64,000 nucleotides of DNA from Fibrobacterales bacterium (GTDB taxonomy: Bacteria > Fibrobacterota > Fibrobacteria > Fibrobacterales > JAOPTW01), in contig JAOPTX010000023.1 of assembly GCA_051532055.1 (NCBI GenBank), forward strand, positions 64,001 to 128,000. Direction: 5' to 3'. The notes beneath the pieces were generated by a model, which was not told the DNA's origin, made no database searches, and saw nothing but the letters and a program-made list of their open reading frames with translations. The position numbers were made by a program, and so were the translations under genes. Shown here in pieces: positions 19,905 through 29,853 of this stretch. Position 1 is the stretch's first letter, and every line of letters starts with the position of its first letter.

Positions 19905-19918
19905 TTGATCCATATCAA
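19905..19918. promoter_or_regulatory. FNR-type box upstream of the MFS-pflB-pflA operon
   Basis: TTGATCCATATCAA matches TTGAT-N4-ATCAA exactly. Confidence 0.75.
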
Positions 19919-20009
19919 CTACAGATTGAGGCGAAAATAGTATCTTTGTGGCCAAGGTACAAAACCTTATATACCATGCAGACACACATTCAAGAAGAGA
20001 ACCACACCT

Positions 20010-21287
20010 ATGAATAAAACTAAAAACAGATGGCTCATTGCCCTCTCAGCAGTTGGAATACACATATCAATTGGATCAGTATACGCCTATAGTGTAATGG
20101 TACTTCCCTTAAACCAACTCAATGGGTGGTCTAAAGCAGACATCAGTACTGCCTTTAGTATCGCAATTCTGTTTCTTGGACTCTCTGCAGCATTTCTTGG
20201 AAGTTTTGTTGAAAAGAAAGGTCCTCGTATTTCGGGAATGGTGGCCGGCGCCTGTTATGCCCTCGGTACTGCTGGAGCAGGACTTGGAATTTACCTCAAC
20301 TCACTTCCTCTCTTTATTGCAGCCTATGGAGCACTCGGTGGCATCGGACTTGGCTTAGGCTACATCACACCCGTTTCAACCCTTGTAAAATGGTTTCCCG
20401 ATCGTCGTGGACTTGCAACAGGCATGGCCATCATGGGCTTTGGTTTTGCTGCTATGATTTTTGGTCCCCTTATGACTTACCTTTTTTCAAGCATTGGTAT
20501 TCCATCAACTTTCTGGGTTCTTGCTGTTGTATATGGCGTTGTCATTATTGCCTCTGCTCAATACATAGCGCCTCCACCCAAAGGATGGACACCTGAAGGA
20601 TTTGATCCAGATAATACAACCTCTTCAAAAATTACTAAAAAAGATCTTGCCCAATTGACCGCTCCTGAATCTCTTAAGACGAGACGGTTCTACTACATGT
20701 GGATTATGCTTTTCATCAACATCACTTGTGGCATTGCTCTTATCTCGGTAGCATCACCAATGGCGCAAGACAGCATTGGTATGACCGCAATGCAAGCAGC
20801 ATCAATGGTTGGCCTCATGGGCCTCTTTAATGGGCTTGGTCGTATCGGCTGGGCAACACTCTCTGACAAAATTGGCCGCCCCTACACCTACACTACTTTT
20901 TTCCTCATACAGATTGCAGCCTTCTTAGTGCTGCCTTATGCAACTTCAGCTCTCACGTTTCAATGCATTATCTTTTTGATCATTAGTTGCTATGGTGGTG
21001 GATTCTCATCAGTCCCTGCCTTTCTTGGCGACCTCTTTGGCACTAAACAGCTTAGCGCTATCCATGGATATATTCTCACCGCATGGGCAGCTGCTGGTCT
21101 TGCAGGTCCGACTATTGCATCAAGAGTGCGAGAGATGACAGGGAGCTATGATCAGACTCTTCAGATTTTCGTTGGATTTTTCATTGTAGCATTTGCAGTA
21201 TCCATTTTAATGAAAATGAATATCAAGAAAAAAGAAAAACAGATTTTAACAACTGACAAAGAAGTGGCAGAGCTCTGCGACGTATAA
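20010..21287 (+). CDS. OFA-family (oxalate:formate antiporter/YhjX-like) MFS transporter
   Basis: GSVYAYS, KWFPDRRGLATG, LSDKIGR, DLFGTK; 12 TM helices. Confidence 0.92.
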   Translation: MNKTKNRWLIALSAVGIHISIGSVYAYSVMVLPLNQLNGWSKADISTAFSIAILFLGLSAAFLGSFVEKKGPRISGMVAGACYALGTAGAGLGIYLNSLPLFIAAYGALGGIGLGLGYITPVSTLVKWFPDRRGLATGMAIMGFGFAAMIFGPLMTYLFSSIGIPSTFWVLAVVYGVVIIASAQYIAPPPKGWTPEGFDPDNTTSSKITKKDLAQLTAPESLKTRRFYYMWIMLFINITCGIALISVASPMAQDSIGMTAMQAASMVGLMGLFNGLGRIGWATLSDKIGRPYTYTTFFLIQIAAFLVLPYATSALTFQCIIFLIISCYGGGFSSVPAFLGDLFGTKQLSAIHGYILTAWAAAGLAGPTIASRVREMTGSYDQTLQIFVGFFIVAFAVSILMKMNIKKKEKQILTTDKEVAELCDV

Positions 21288-21303
21288 ATAAGGAACGAAA
21301 ATT

Positions 21304-23541
21304 ATGAGTACACAAACAACACTTCCCCCATTTAAAACTGGCGCATGGAACGATACCATTGACGTCCGTGACTTTATTCAACAGAACTACACTCCTTACG
21401 ATGGGGATGCTACTTTTTTAGTTTCTCCCACTGAGTCTACGAAAAAGCTTTGGGATCAAGTTTCGGCATTATTAGGTGAAGAACAAAAGAAAGGGATACT
21501 GGATGCAGATACCTCCATTATTTCATCAATCATCTCTCACCAAGCAGGGTATATTGATCAATCTCTCGAAAAAATTGTAGGACTACAAACCGACAAACCT
21601 CTCAAGCGTTCACTTATGCCTTATGGCGGCATTCGCCTTGCAGCAGGATCACTCGAAGCCTATGGCTATAAAATCGACCCATCTGTTGAAAAAATATTCT
21701 CAACTTACCGTAAAACACATAATGAAGGAGTCTTTGAAGCGTATGATGCTGAGATGCTTGCCATTAGAAAATCAGGTATAATTACAGGACTTCCCGATGC
21801 CTATGGCCGTGGCCGTATTATTGGTGACTATCGTCGTATAGCACTCTACGGAGTTGATGCACTTATTGCAGAAAAAAAATCTGTTTCTAAAAATGAACTT
21901 TCAAAAGATTATGCCAACAGCGAATCAATACGTGAACGAGAAGAGTTTGCTGAGCAAGCTAAGGCATTAGTTGAACTCAAAGAGATGGGCACTACCTATG
22001 GTTTTGATATTGGGCGCCCTGCAGAGAATGCAATTGAAGCAGTTCAGTGGACTTATTTAGGCTATCTTGCAGCAATTAAAGAACAAAATGGTGCGGCTAT
22101 GTCTATAGGCCGTGTCTCAACCTTTTTCGATATCTATTTTAAACGAGACATTGAAGCAGGGCTCTTAACTGAAGATGATGCACAAGAGATTGTCGATCAC
22201 TTTGTAATGAAACTTCGTATTGTTAAATTCCTCAGACCTCCAGCATATAACGAACTCTTCTCCGGTGACCCAACATGGGTTACTGAAGCAATTGGAGGAG
22301 TAAGTGAAAACGGAAAACATTTAGTAACCAAGACAAGTTACCGAATCCTCCACACCCTCTATAACCTTGGTCCAGCACCAGAACCCAACCTCACAGTTCT
22401 CTGGTCTCATAGCCTTCCACAACACTTCAAAGAATTTTGTGCTAAAGTATCAATTGACACAAGCTCTATTCAGTACGAAAGTGATGACCTCATGCGCCCT
22501 TACTGGGGTGATGACTATGGTATCGCATGTTGTGTATCAGCTATGCGTATCGGTAAACAAATGCAGTTTTTTGGTGCCCGTGCCAACCTTGCAAAAGCAC
22601 TTCTCTATGCAATTAATGGTGGTAGAGATGAAGTCAGTGGCGCACAAGTCGGTCCTAAAATGGAACCCGTTACGAGTGACATACTTAACTTTGATGAAGT
22701 ACGGGACAAGCTTGATGTGATGCTCGACTGGTTAGCTGAGACCTATATTAAAACATTGAATGTCATTCACTTTATGCACGACAAATACGCCTATGAACGC
22801 CTTCAAATGGCACTCCATCAACGTGAAGTTCTCCGTACAATGGCGACAGGCATCGCAGGTCTTTCTGTTGCAGTGGATTCACTCTCTGCTATTAAACATG
22901 CAACCGTTTCAGTTGTGAGAGACGAATCTGGTCTTGCCACTTCATTTAATATCGATGGCGAATACCCCGCTTATGGTAATAATGACGACCGTGTTGATTC
23001 TATTGCCGTTAAACTTGTTGAATCATTCATGAGTAAACTCCGATTACAAGAAACATACCGTAACTCTGAGCCAACACTCTCTGTCTTAACCATAACCTCT
23101 AATGTTGTGTATGGAAAAAAGACTGGTGACACACCTGATGGGCGCAAAAAGGGTGAACCTTTTGCTCCAGGCGCAAATCCAATGAATAACCGAGATACTA
23201 AAGGGGCACTTGCCTCCCTCATGTCTGTAGCAAAGATCCCCTACAAAGATGCACAAGATGGCATTAGTTATACCTTTTCGATTATTCCAAAGGCACTTGG
23301 TAAAGACGATACCTGTAAAGTAACTAACCTTGTTGGTCTTCTTGATGGATATTTTGCTCAAAATGGACACCACCTCAATGTAAATGTATTTGAGCGTGAA
23401 CTCCTTCTTGATGCAATGAAACACCCAGAAAAATATCCACAATTAACCGTACGAGTATCCGGATACGCTGTGAACTTTGTTAAACTTAATGAAGAGCAAC
23501 AGCTCGACGTAATCAACAGAACCTTTCACAATTTTTGTTAA
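21304..23541 (+). CDS. pflB: Pyruvate formate-lyase
   Basis: [23 protein letters not shown] Cys pair, RVSGYAV glycyl-radical motif. Confidence 0.98.
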   Translation: MSTQTTLPPFKTGAWNDTIDVRDFIQQNYTPYDGDATFLVSPTESTKKLWDQVSALLGEEQKKGILDADTSIISSIISHQAGYIDQSLEKIVGLQTDKPLKRSLMPYGGIRLAAGSLEAYGYKIDPSVEKIFSTYRKTHNEGVFEAYDAEMLAIRKSGIITGLPDAYGRGRIIGDYRRIALYGVDALIAEKKSVSKNELSKDYANSESIREREEFAEQAKALVELKEMGTTYGFDIGRPAENAIEAVQWTYLGYLAAIKEQNGAAMSIGRVSTFFDIYFKRDIEAGLLTEDDAQEIVDHFVMKLRIVKFLRPPAYNELFSGDPTWVTEAIGGVSENGKHLVTKTSYRILHTLYNLGPAPEPNLTVLWSHSLPQHFKEFCAKVSIDTSSIQYESDDLMRPYWGDDYGIACCVSAMRIGKQMQFFGARANLAKALLYAINGGRDEVSGAQVGPKMEPVTSDILNFDEVRDKLDVMLDWLAETYIKTLNVIHFMHDKYAYERLQMALHQREVLRTMATGIAGLSVAVDSLSAIKHATVSVVRDESGLATSFNIDGEYPAYGNNDDRVDSIAVKLVESFMSKLRLQETYRNSEPTLSVLTITSNVVYGKKTGDTPDGRKKGEPFAPGANPMNNRDTKGALASLMSVAKIPYKDAQDGISYTFSIIPKALGKDDTCKVTNLVGLLDGYFAQNGHHLNVNVFERELLLDAMKHPEKYPQLTVRVSGYAVNFVKLNEEQQLDVINRTFHNFC

Positions 23542-24270
23542 ATGGCACATACCGGTTATATACATTCAGTAGAAACTTTTGGAACACTCGATGGGCCTGG
23601 TATTCGCTATGTCCTATTTCTGCAAGGGTGTCATCTTCGATGCCTCTACTGCCACAATCCCGACAGTCAAGAAATGAAAACAGGTTCACTCCTTACTACT
23701 GAATCAGCTTTCAATGAAATAATAAAATATAAAAGTTTCTATACTAATGGCGGTGTCACCTTTACGGGTGGAGAGCCGCTCTTGCAAAGCTCTTTTATTA
23801 TCGAACTCGCCACCATGCTTAAAGAAGCAGGAATTAAAACGGCACTCGACACCTCTGGGTCACTATGGGGAAATCGCGTGCGGGAAGCACTCAACGCGGT
23901 AGATCTCGTATTACTCGACTGTAAAGGATATTCTTCAGAGCACTTTACTACTATGACCGAAGTGAATAAAGGATATTACTTTTTTGAAACACTCGATCAT
24001 CTCGAAGAAATTGGCAAAAAAAGCTGGGTACGATTTGTCTTGGTCCCCGGCTATACCGATGACCTAAAGGCAATAGAAGAACTTGCCCAACGTTTGATGT
24101 ACTATGCCTACATTGAATATGTAGAAATCCTCCCATTCCACAACCTAGGTAAGGAGAAATGGGAACAAATTGGAAGATCTTGGCCTTTAGAAGAATGCCC
24201 ACTTCCGACTCAAGAGCTTATGCAACAAGTACAAGAGATATTTATCAGTAAAGGTCTGCGACTTAAATAA
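23542..24270 (+). CDS. pflA: Pyruvate formate-lyase activating enzyme
   Basis: DGPGIR, CHLRCLYCHNPD radical-SAM motif, GGEP. Confidence 0.97.
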   Translation: MAHTGYIHSVETFGTLDGPGIRYVLFLQGCHLRCLYCHNPDSQEMKTGSLLTTESAFNEIIKYKSFYTNGGVTFTGGEPLLQSSFIIELATMLKEAGIKTALDTSGSLWGNRVREALNAVDLVLLDCKGYSSEHFTTMTEVNKGYYFFETLDHLEEIGKKSWVRFVLVPGYTDDLKAIEELAQRLMYYAYIEYVEILPFHNLGKEKWEQIGRSWPLEECPLPTQELMQQVQEIFISKGLRLK

Positions 24271-24378
24271 TAAGGCTTCCATTTATGAACATTAAAAAGC
24301 TCAATAAAATCATGGTACTTCTGAGAGTCATTGCACTCGTCATTATTTGTGTAATGATATATAACGCTCTTGATTATT

Positions 24379-25365
24379 TTAAATAAGATATTTACACAAA
24401 GTCCTACCAAGCCCTTGAAGCAGCTCAGAAGTCTCATTATCAAGGAGATGCTCTTGAGATTCACACCCAAGCATTATCACCCCCTTTTGAGTATTCCCAA
24501 TTGAGACAGGGATACCAAAAAGTACCGACACCCCTAGGGTATCTAACTCTTTATGATAGATACCCGGCGCCCCCTCGTGTATAAGAGTCGCAAACTGAAT
24601 GTTATAAATGTTTTTTAAAAAGGCACTCCCACTTAAGTAAGCCTGATCCTCAAACCCATAATGCTTTGAGCGATCAAACATCTCTTTTTCATTTTCAAAA
24701 TCTCTAAAAAAACTGAATTTAAGGTCGAGTTCTCTTGTGAGTGTATTCAATAATTTTTGGGTAAAAATATCAGGATCAGATTCCACATAGAGAGAATTAA
24801 TAATCCGCAACAAACCTGACTGATGTTGAATTCTTTTCTCATATCGTTCTTTTTGAATTTGACTCCAAATTGCAAGTGATGCATGCCCCGAAAGAACATC
24901 AAGTAGCTCAAGAACACTATTCTCCAACTCAGTCTCTTCAGGGACTCGAGCCTTAATGATATACCCTCCAATACTTTCATCATGAGCAAAGAGCGGCACT
25001 ACAAGTGACACTATCCCATGTTCATGAACTACCTGAGGAAACTGTACACCATCTTCTAAAATAGTGAGAAGGTAGTCGAGTTCATTTTGATTTTCGGTAT
25101 CAATATCATTCTTTTCAAAAAGAAGAGTCAATTTATTTGCACCATCAAAAAGATAGACCCTAGCAGTCGTAATATCGAGAAAGGTCTCTGCAACACTATT
25201 GAGTACATAAGCGATCTCTTTGATATTTCGTGTGCTATGAATTTTTTTTGAGAGATACTGTACCTTTAGATATTCATCGAGATTCTCTTTAAGCTTGCCC
25301 AGCTCTTTATCATCTTTACGCCTGAAATTGGCATTACGCCGTTCAGTAAATGGTATATCTTTCAT
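24379..25365 (-). CDS. Tandem GAF-like domain protein with no output domain
   Basis: Two GAF-like ends (VVPLFAHDESIGG...ELLDVLSGHASLAI and GIPVSIGNTQKGVI...ELLQGLG). Confidence 0.7.
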   Translation of the reverse strand: MKDIPFTERRNANFRRKDDKELGKLKENLDEYLKVQYLSKKIHSTRNIKEIAYVLNSVAETFLDITTARVYLFDGANKLTLLFEKNDIDTENQNELDYLLTILEDGVQFPQVVHEHGIVSLVVPLFAHDESIGGYIIKARVPEETELENSVLELLDVLSGHASLAIWSQIQKERYEKRIQHQSGLLRIINSLYVESDPDIFTQKLLNTLTRELDLKFSFFRDFENEKEMFDRSKHYGFEDQAYLSGSAFLKNIYNIQFATLIHEGAPGIYHKELDTLGVSVLFGIPVSIGNTQKGVIMLGCESQEHLLDNETSELLQGLGRTLCKYLI

Positions 25366-26270
25366 TAGTTTATCAACTCCCCAATAAATGACGATGAGCG
25401 TTCTATCTCTTCTAATATTTCTTCTTTAAAGAATTCAAGATCAATCTCTTCTATACCTAAATTGATATCATGAGCAAAATCCCAAAATTGTTCTTCAACT
25501 TCTGGTGCCTTGTTATTACCACTACTTCCAAGTTCACATTGCTGGCAGAGGATATTGGCTAAATACACACTCGCGACAAGCTCTTTATGCATAGGCGCAT
25601 ACCACGGATGGTGATGATGACGCATAATTTGTGAAACAGCATCCGGGAGCTTCCATTTTTTACCGAGCCAAAAACCGATCACCCCATGATGAACACCAAA
25701 ATAGCGTTGTTCTTCATCAAAAAGAAGACGTCCACTCTCTGATGCTTTTGCCAGAATCACATCAAAATCCTTGGGCATGTACTGAACCAAAACCACTTTA
25801 CCAAGGTCATGAAGAAGACCACCTAAAAATGCTTCATTTGCACCTGATGGATAGAGTCGCTGTGCAATAATTTTTGCTGCCATACCAACACTTGCCGAAT
25901 GCTCCCAAAAGCTTGAAAGGTCAAATGAGGTCTCTGCTTTCGCTCTTTTAAAATAATTAAGTACCGAGACACTGAGGGTCACTTCCTTAACTGACTCAAA
26001 ACCCAAGATCACAATTGCCATATTGACCGTTGTCACTTCATGCTTCAATCCATAATATGCAGAGTTACACATTTTAAGAAGCTTAGCGGTGAGTACTTGG
26101 TCATCAGAAATGAGTTCACCAAGCATTTTAGCTGATGTCTTAGGATTATCAACGACTTCAATTAGTTTTGCAGCAATGGTAGGAAGTGTCGGAAGACTCA
26201 ATATTGAGTTGGTCACCTTTCGTAAATGTTCCGCTTTTGCAAAGAGCTCTTGGTGTGTCGGTTCACTCAT
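25365..26270 (-). CDS. HDOD-domain protein
   Basis: LPTLP, DQVLTAKLLKMCNSAYY, FWEHS, GLLHDLGK, KWKLP motifs. Confidence 0.93.
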   Translation of the reverse strand: MSEPTHQELFAKAEHLRKVTNSILSLPTLPTIAAKLIEVVDNPKTSAKMLGELISDDQVLTAKLLKMCNSAYYGLKHEVTTVNMAIVILGFESVKEVTLSVSVLNYFKRAKAETSFDLSSFWEHSASVGMAAKIIAQRLYPSGANEAFLGGLLHDLGKVVLVQYMPKDFDVILAKASESGRLLFDEEQRYFGVHHGVIGFWLGKKWKLPDAVSQIMRHHHHPWYAPMHKELVASVYLANILCQQCELGSSGNNKAPEVEEQFWDFAHDINLGIEEIDLEFFKEEILEEIERSSSFIGELIN

Positions 26271-26587
26271 TATGCATACCCATCAAAAAAATTTCCACCC
26301 ATATATTTTCGCGCTTTCTTTGACTTACTTTTATTGTTATCGGTTTTTTCACCAGTACCTTCAGGAGTATGTCGCTTTTTTCCCTCTTCATTTTTAGGAT
26401 CCATAGGATCTTTCTCTTCCATCTCTTGCGCTTCCTGCATCTTCTGCTCTTCAGCATCACGTTGAGCTTTGCGCGCAGAAAGTTCATCAGCAATTTGTTT
26501 TGATGCTTCATGAGATTTTAATTCGGAAGTCATTTGTGACCGGTCAGTATTGTCTTGATTCTGCATGGGATTGAGTGGAGTACTCAT
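26270..26587 (-). CDS. Small hydrophilic flagellar-operon hypothetical protein
   Basis: ATGA overlap with fliA and TAATG overlap with the HDOD gene; C-terminus GNFFDGYA. Confidence 0.7.
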   Translation of the reverse strand: MSTPLNPMQNQDNTDRSQMTSELKSHEASKQIADELSARKAQRDAEEQKMQEAQEMEEKDPMDPKNEEGKKRHTPEGTGEKTDNNKSKSKKARKYMGGNFFDGYA

Positions 26588-27348
26588 GCATTAATCCTGC
26601 TGACGAGGCGGCCCCTTAATTTGATCATTGCTTTTGAATGAATTTGTGAAACACGAGATTCAGTAATGCCGAGTACTTGACCTATCTCTTTAAGAGTCAG
26701 TTCTTCGTAGTGATAGAGAGCAACAACGAGTTTCTCTTTCTCAGGCAGGGTACCAATAGTATCTTTTAAAATCCGTTTAACTTCTTGATAACCCAGTTGT
26801 TTCAATGGGTCAGCACCATCGGGGTCTTCTATGGTATCAATAACAGAAAGTGATTTGGAATCACCACCTCTATCTGGTAATGAATCTTCTAACGAGATAA
26901 TTGTTGCTGGTGCAACTTCACTTAACATCCCTTCAAATTCACCCATCGATACACCAAGCTCTGCAGCTACTTCATCATCATAGGGCATCCTACCAAACTT
27001 ATGCTCTAACTTCGCATAGACATTCTGTAGCTTTTTAGATTTTTGTCGAATAGATCGAGGAACCCAGTCTAGGGCACGAAGCTCATCGAGAATAGCTCCT
27101 CTAATTTTATGTGTTGCAAAGGTTTCAAATTTAAAACCAAGACTGAGATCAAAAGTTTCAACTGCCTTAATGAGCCCCACAATTCCAGAACCATAGAGGT
27201 CACCAATCTCTACTGATTTGGGTAAATTAATGGCAATCCGTTGTGCGGTATATTTTACCAACGAAGTATACTCGGCCAGCAACTTATCTTTTGCGGTCTT
27301 TTTACCTTGTTCTTTATACTCTTTCCAAAGCGCGTCTAAATCCGGCAC
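26584..27348 (-). CDS. fliA: Flagellar sigma factor FliA/WhiG (sigma28)
   Basis: IRGAILDELRALDWVPRS and LTLKEIGQVLGITESRVSQIH motifs; GTG start with SD. Confidence 0.96.
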   Translation of the reverse strand: MPDLDALWKEYKEQGKKTAKDKLLAEYTSLVKYTAQRIAINLPKSVEIGDLYGSGIVGLIKAVETFDLSLGFKFETFATHKIRGAILDELRALDWVPRSIRQKSKKLQNVYAKLEHKFGRMPYDDEVAAELGVSMGEFEGMLSEVAPATIISLEDSLPDRGGDSKSLSVIDTIEDPDGADPLKQLGYQEVKRILKDTIGTLPEKEKLVVALYHYEELTLKEIGQVLGITESRVSQIHSKAMIKLRGRLVSRINA

Positions 27349-27476
27349 ACAGTTCCTTTAACGTTTACCTAAAGGTCAATTCCTATCTCTTCAAGTAGCT
27401 TTCTATAGTTTAATAAATACTTAATTCTATCATACAATTCACTAATTTTGTATAACTAAATCAATTAAAATGGCTT

Positions 27477-27824
27477 TTAGCCTTTCTTTTTGAAGTCTTC
27501 TTTTCCTTTAAATTGTCTTTGCCACTGTCGCTCTTCAGGTGTATCCTGAGTCACATGAAAGGTCATTTCACCTTCAAACCGGTCTACACTTTCGCTCTTA
27601 GCAGAATGAATCATGGATTTAACCAGCGTATCTGATATTATTAAGAAGAGTATCCAAAATACTCCACATACTACCAACGATTTAGCCAAATCAAATAGTA
27701 GATCATTCAAAGTAATCGTATCTCGAATGAAGAGAGATATCCCAAAAACACCCCAAAAAACCAGTATTACTAATGTTTTTGTTATTGCACGAGTCAAACC
27801 CTGGCTATCTAATCTATTTTTCAT
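27477..27824 (-). CDS. Small two-TM hypothetical membrane protein
   Basis: ATG at 27824 overlaps the flhG stop (ATGA); two hydrophobic helices. Confidence 0.7.
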   Translation of the reverse strand: MKNRLDSQGLTRAITKTLVILVFWGVFGISLFIRDTITLNDLLFDLAKSLVVCGVFWILFLIISDTLVKSMIHSAKSESVDRFEGEMTFHVTQDTPEERQWQRQFKGKEDFKKKG

Positions 27825-28633
27825 ACAAATACCTTTGATATTTGCCGTGATACAGCTCGAACACATTTAATATATTCACATTGTGGATAGAGCTCAATAA
27901 CTGGTGTCTGCTGTAATATTGCATTAGGAACCAATGAATCAAAAGGGAGGTACCCAAGATATTCAGGCCTAATTCCGAGAAACTGTTCCGAAACTTGTGC
28001 TAAATTCTCATATACCTTTTGTGGATCTTCACCATCCATAACCGAATTCACCACTACGGAAACTTTTTGATAGGGGTTCCATTTCCGAATCGTTTTTAGC
28101 GTACCATACGCATCTGCAAGAGAAGTTAATTCTTTATTCAGTACCAACACCACAAGGTCTACGGTCGTTGTGAATGCAATAGTCGGCTCACTTAATCCTG
28201 CACCCACATCAATGACCATACATTCATATTGATTTCCCAAAGTGTGAAGTGAGCGAATAATACGCTGCATAGCATCACTTTGCACCCAATTAATCGAAGA
28301 TACTCCCGAAAAACCATGAATAAAATCAAGGCCGAAAACATTTCGCTCAATGATATCTGAAAAATCGAGTGAACCTTCAACAAACATGCCCCAATGGGCA
28401 GAGGGGGTAACCCCCATCATAATGTTAAGATCAGCCAACCCTGGATCACCGTCTAAAAGAAGTGTCTTACTTTGTTTCGCAAGTGCTATAGCCAAGTTGA
28501 GAGAAAAGGTACTTTTACCCACTCCCCCTTTCCCACTCGCAATTGCAATTTTATAACAGCTATCTGAAAGAAATGAATCTCTGAGATCGATAAGGCCCTG
28601 ATAGTAGCCCATTTGTGTTTGCAATTTATCCAT
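27821..28633 (-). CDS. flhG: MinD-like flagellar number regulator FlhG
   Basis: SGKGGVGKS, DVGAG, SLADAY motifs; directly after flhF. Confidence 0.9.
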   Translation of the reverse strand: MDKLQTQMGYYQGLIDLRDSFLSDSCYKIAIASGKGGVGKSTFSLNLAIALAKQSKTLLLDGDPGLADLNIMMGVTPSAHWGMFVEGSLDFSDIIERNVFGLDFIHGFSGVSSINWVQSDAMQRIIRSLHTLGNQYECMVIDVGAGLSEPTIAFTTTVDLVVLVLNKELTSLADAYGTLKTIRKWNPYQKVSVVVNSVMDGEDPQKVYENLAQVSEQFLGIRPEYLGYLPFDSLVPNAILQQTPVIELYPQCEYIKCVRAVSRQISKVFV

Positions 28634-29853
28634 TACATTCCCTCAAACATTATCTCAGAAAAAGACTCTGCCTCTGCGATCATTATATCGTCAGGTATTT
28701 TTTGTCCAAAAGTTAAGTATGAAACCGGAAGCCCATTTTTAATCATCACATTAACAAGAGAAGCATGGCTACTCGTTTCATCAAGTTTTGTGAAAAGGAC
28801 CCTGGACACCCCTAAAGATTTGAAAGATTCAAAAATATGTTGCATATCATCCACCTTAACATTTGCAGCCAATACAAGATGAATTTCATCGGGAACGGCA
28901 ATATCAATAATTTGACGAAGCTCTGTCAGATGCTCGCTACTGGTTTGGGACCTTCCTGCAGAATCAATTAAGACCACATCTTTATCTTTGAAATTATCAA
29001 GAGCTTTATCAATATCACTCAATTCAAATATCGCTTCAAAATCAACACTCGATGCACTTGCAAGAGTACTCATCTGTTCGATTGCACCAATTCGATAACA
29101 ATCAGTTGAGATAATTCCTACCTCTTTATTACCTTGAAGAATTAACTGCCCTGCAAGCTTTGCAATGGTCGTTGTTTTACCAACACCAGTTGAACCAACA
29201 AACATTATTATAGATGCTCTATTTTCTCTAAAAGTTATAGGGCCCGCAACAGGAAGTTTATCAGCAACAATTTTTTTGCTACTGTACCGTACAAATTTTT
29301 CATTGCGTTCATCAGGAGCGCTTGCTATAGTGAGCTCTGCCACTACTTCATTTATAAAATCAGGAAGCACCCCCTTTTTAAGGAGCTCATGATAAATCAA
29401 TTTAAAATCTTCTGGTACCGACTTTATTACTTCGCTTGATCGATTCAGTACACCCTTCTTTAGGTTTTGAATTTCACGCTTAATTTCTGCAATTTCTTTA
29501 TTTGGCTCAAGTACAACGTCACGAATTGCCCCGATTTCATGTTTAATAGCCTGTAACAGATCATTGTGAGCTTGTTTATCAGTATCACTTTCAGCTTCAA
29601 GTACCGCAGATCTACTTTGACCAATAGATCGAGGAGAGTATGCTTGTGCAGGCATCGCGTGCCCCACTACTTCTCCCGGTTTTACAAATGCTTTTTCATC
29701 AAGGGCTGCAGTTACTTCCACCTCACTCTCTTTGCCCATCAGTCCTTTCTTTAAATTTTCGGTCTTTAATATAACCGCCTGGGGACCCAGTTCTTCCTTA
29801 ACCCGTTCAAGGGCTTCACGTACTGTAGCAGCTCTAAACTTTTTCATTTTCAT
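28633..29853 (-). CDS. flhF: Flagellar SRP-family GTPase FlhF
   Basis: VKEELGPQAVIL, GSTGVGKTTT, DSAGR, TKLDE motifs. Confidence 0.96.
   Translation of the reverse strand: MKMKKFRAATVREALERVKEELGPQAVILKTENLKKGLMGKESEVEVTAALDEKAFVKPGEVVGHAMPAQAYSPRSIGQSRSAVLEAESDTDKQAHNDLLQAIKHEIGAIRDVVLEPNKEIAEIKREIQNLKKGVLNRSSEVIKSVPEDFKLIYHELLKKGVLPDFINEVVAELTIASAPDERNEKFVRYSSKKIVADKLPVAGPITFRENRASIIMFVGSTGVGKTTTIAKLAGQLILQGNKEVGIISTDCYRIGAIEQMSTLASASSVDFEAIFELSDIDKALDNFKDKDVVLIDSAGRSQTSSEHLTELRQIIDIAVPDEIHLVLAANVKVDDMQHIFESFKSLGVSRVLFTKLDETSSHASLVNVMIKNGLPVSYLTFGQKIPDDIMIAEAESFSEIMFEGM

Noticed and set aside
26263..26511. Alternative 82-aa basic ORF overlapping the 105-aa gene
   Set aside because: The 105-aa frame has start/stop overlaps with both neighbours; this frame does not.
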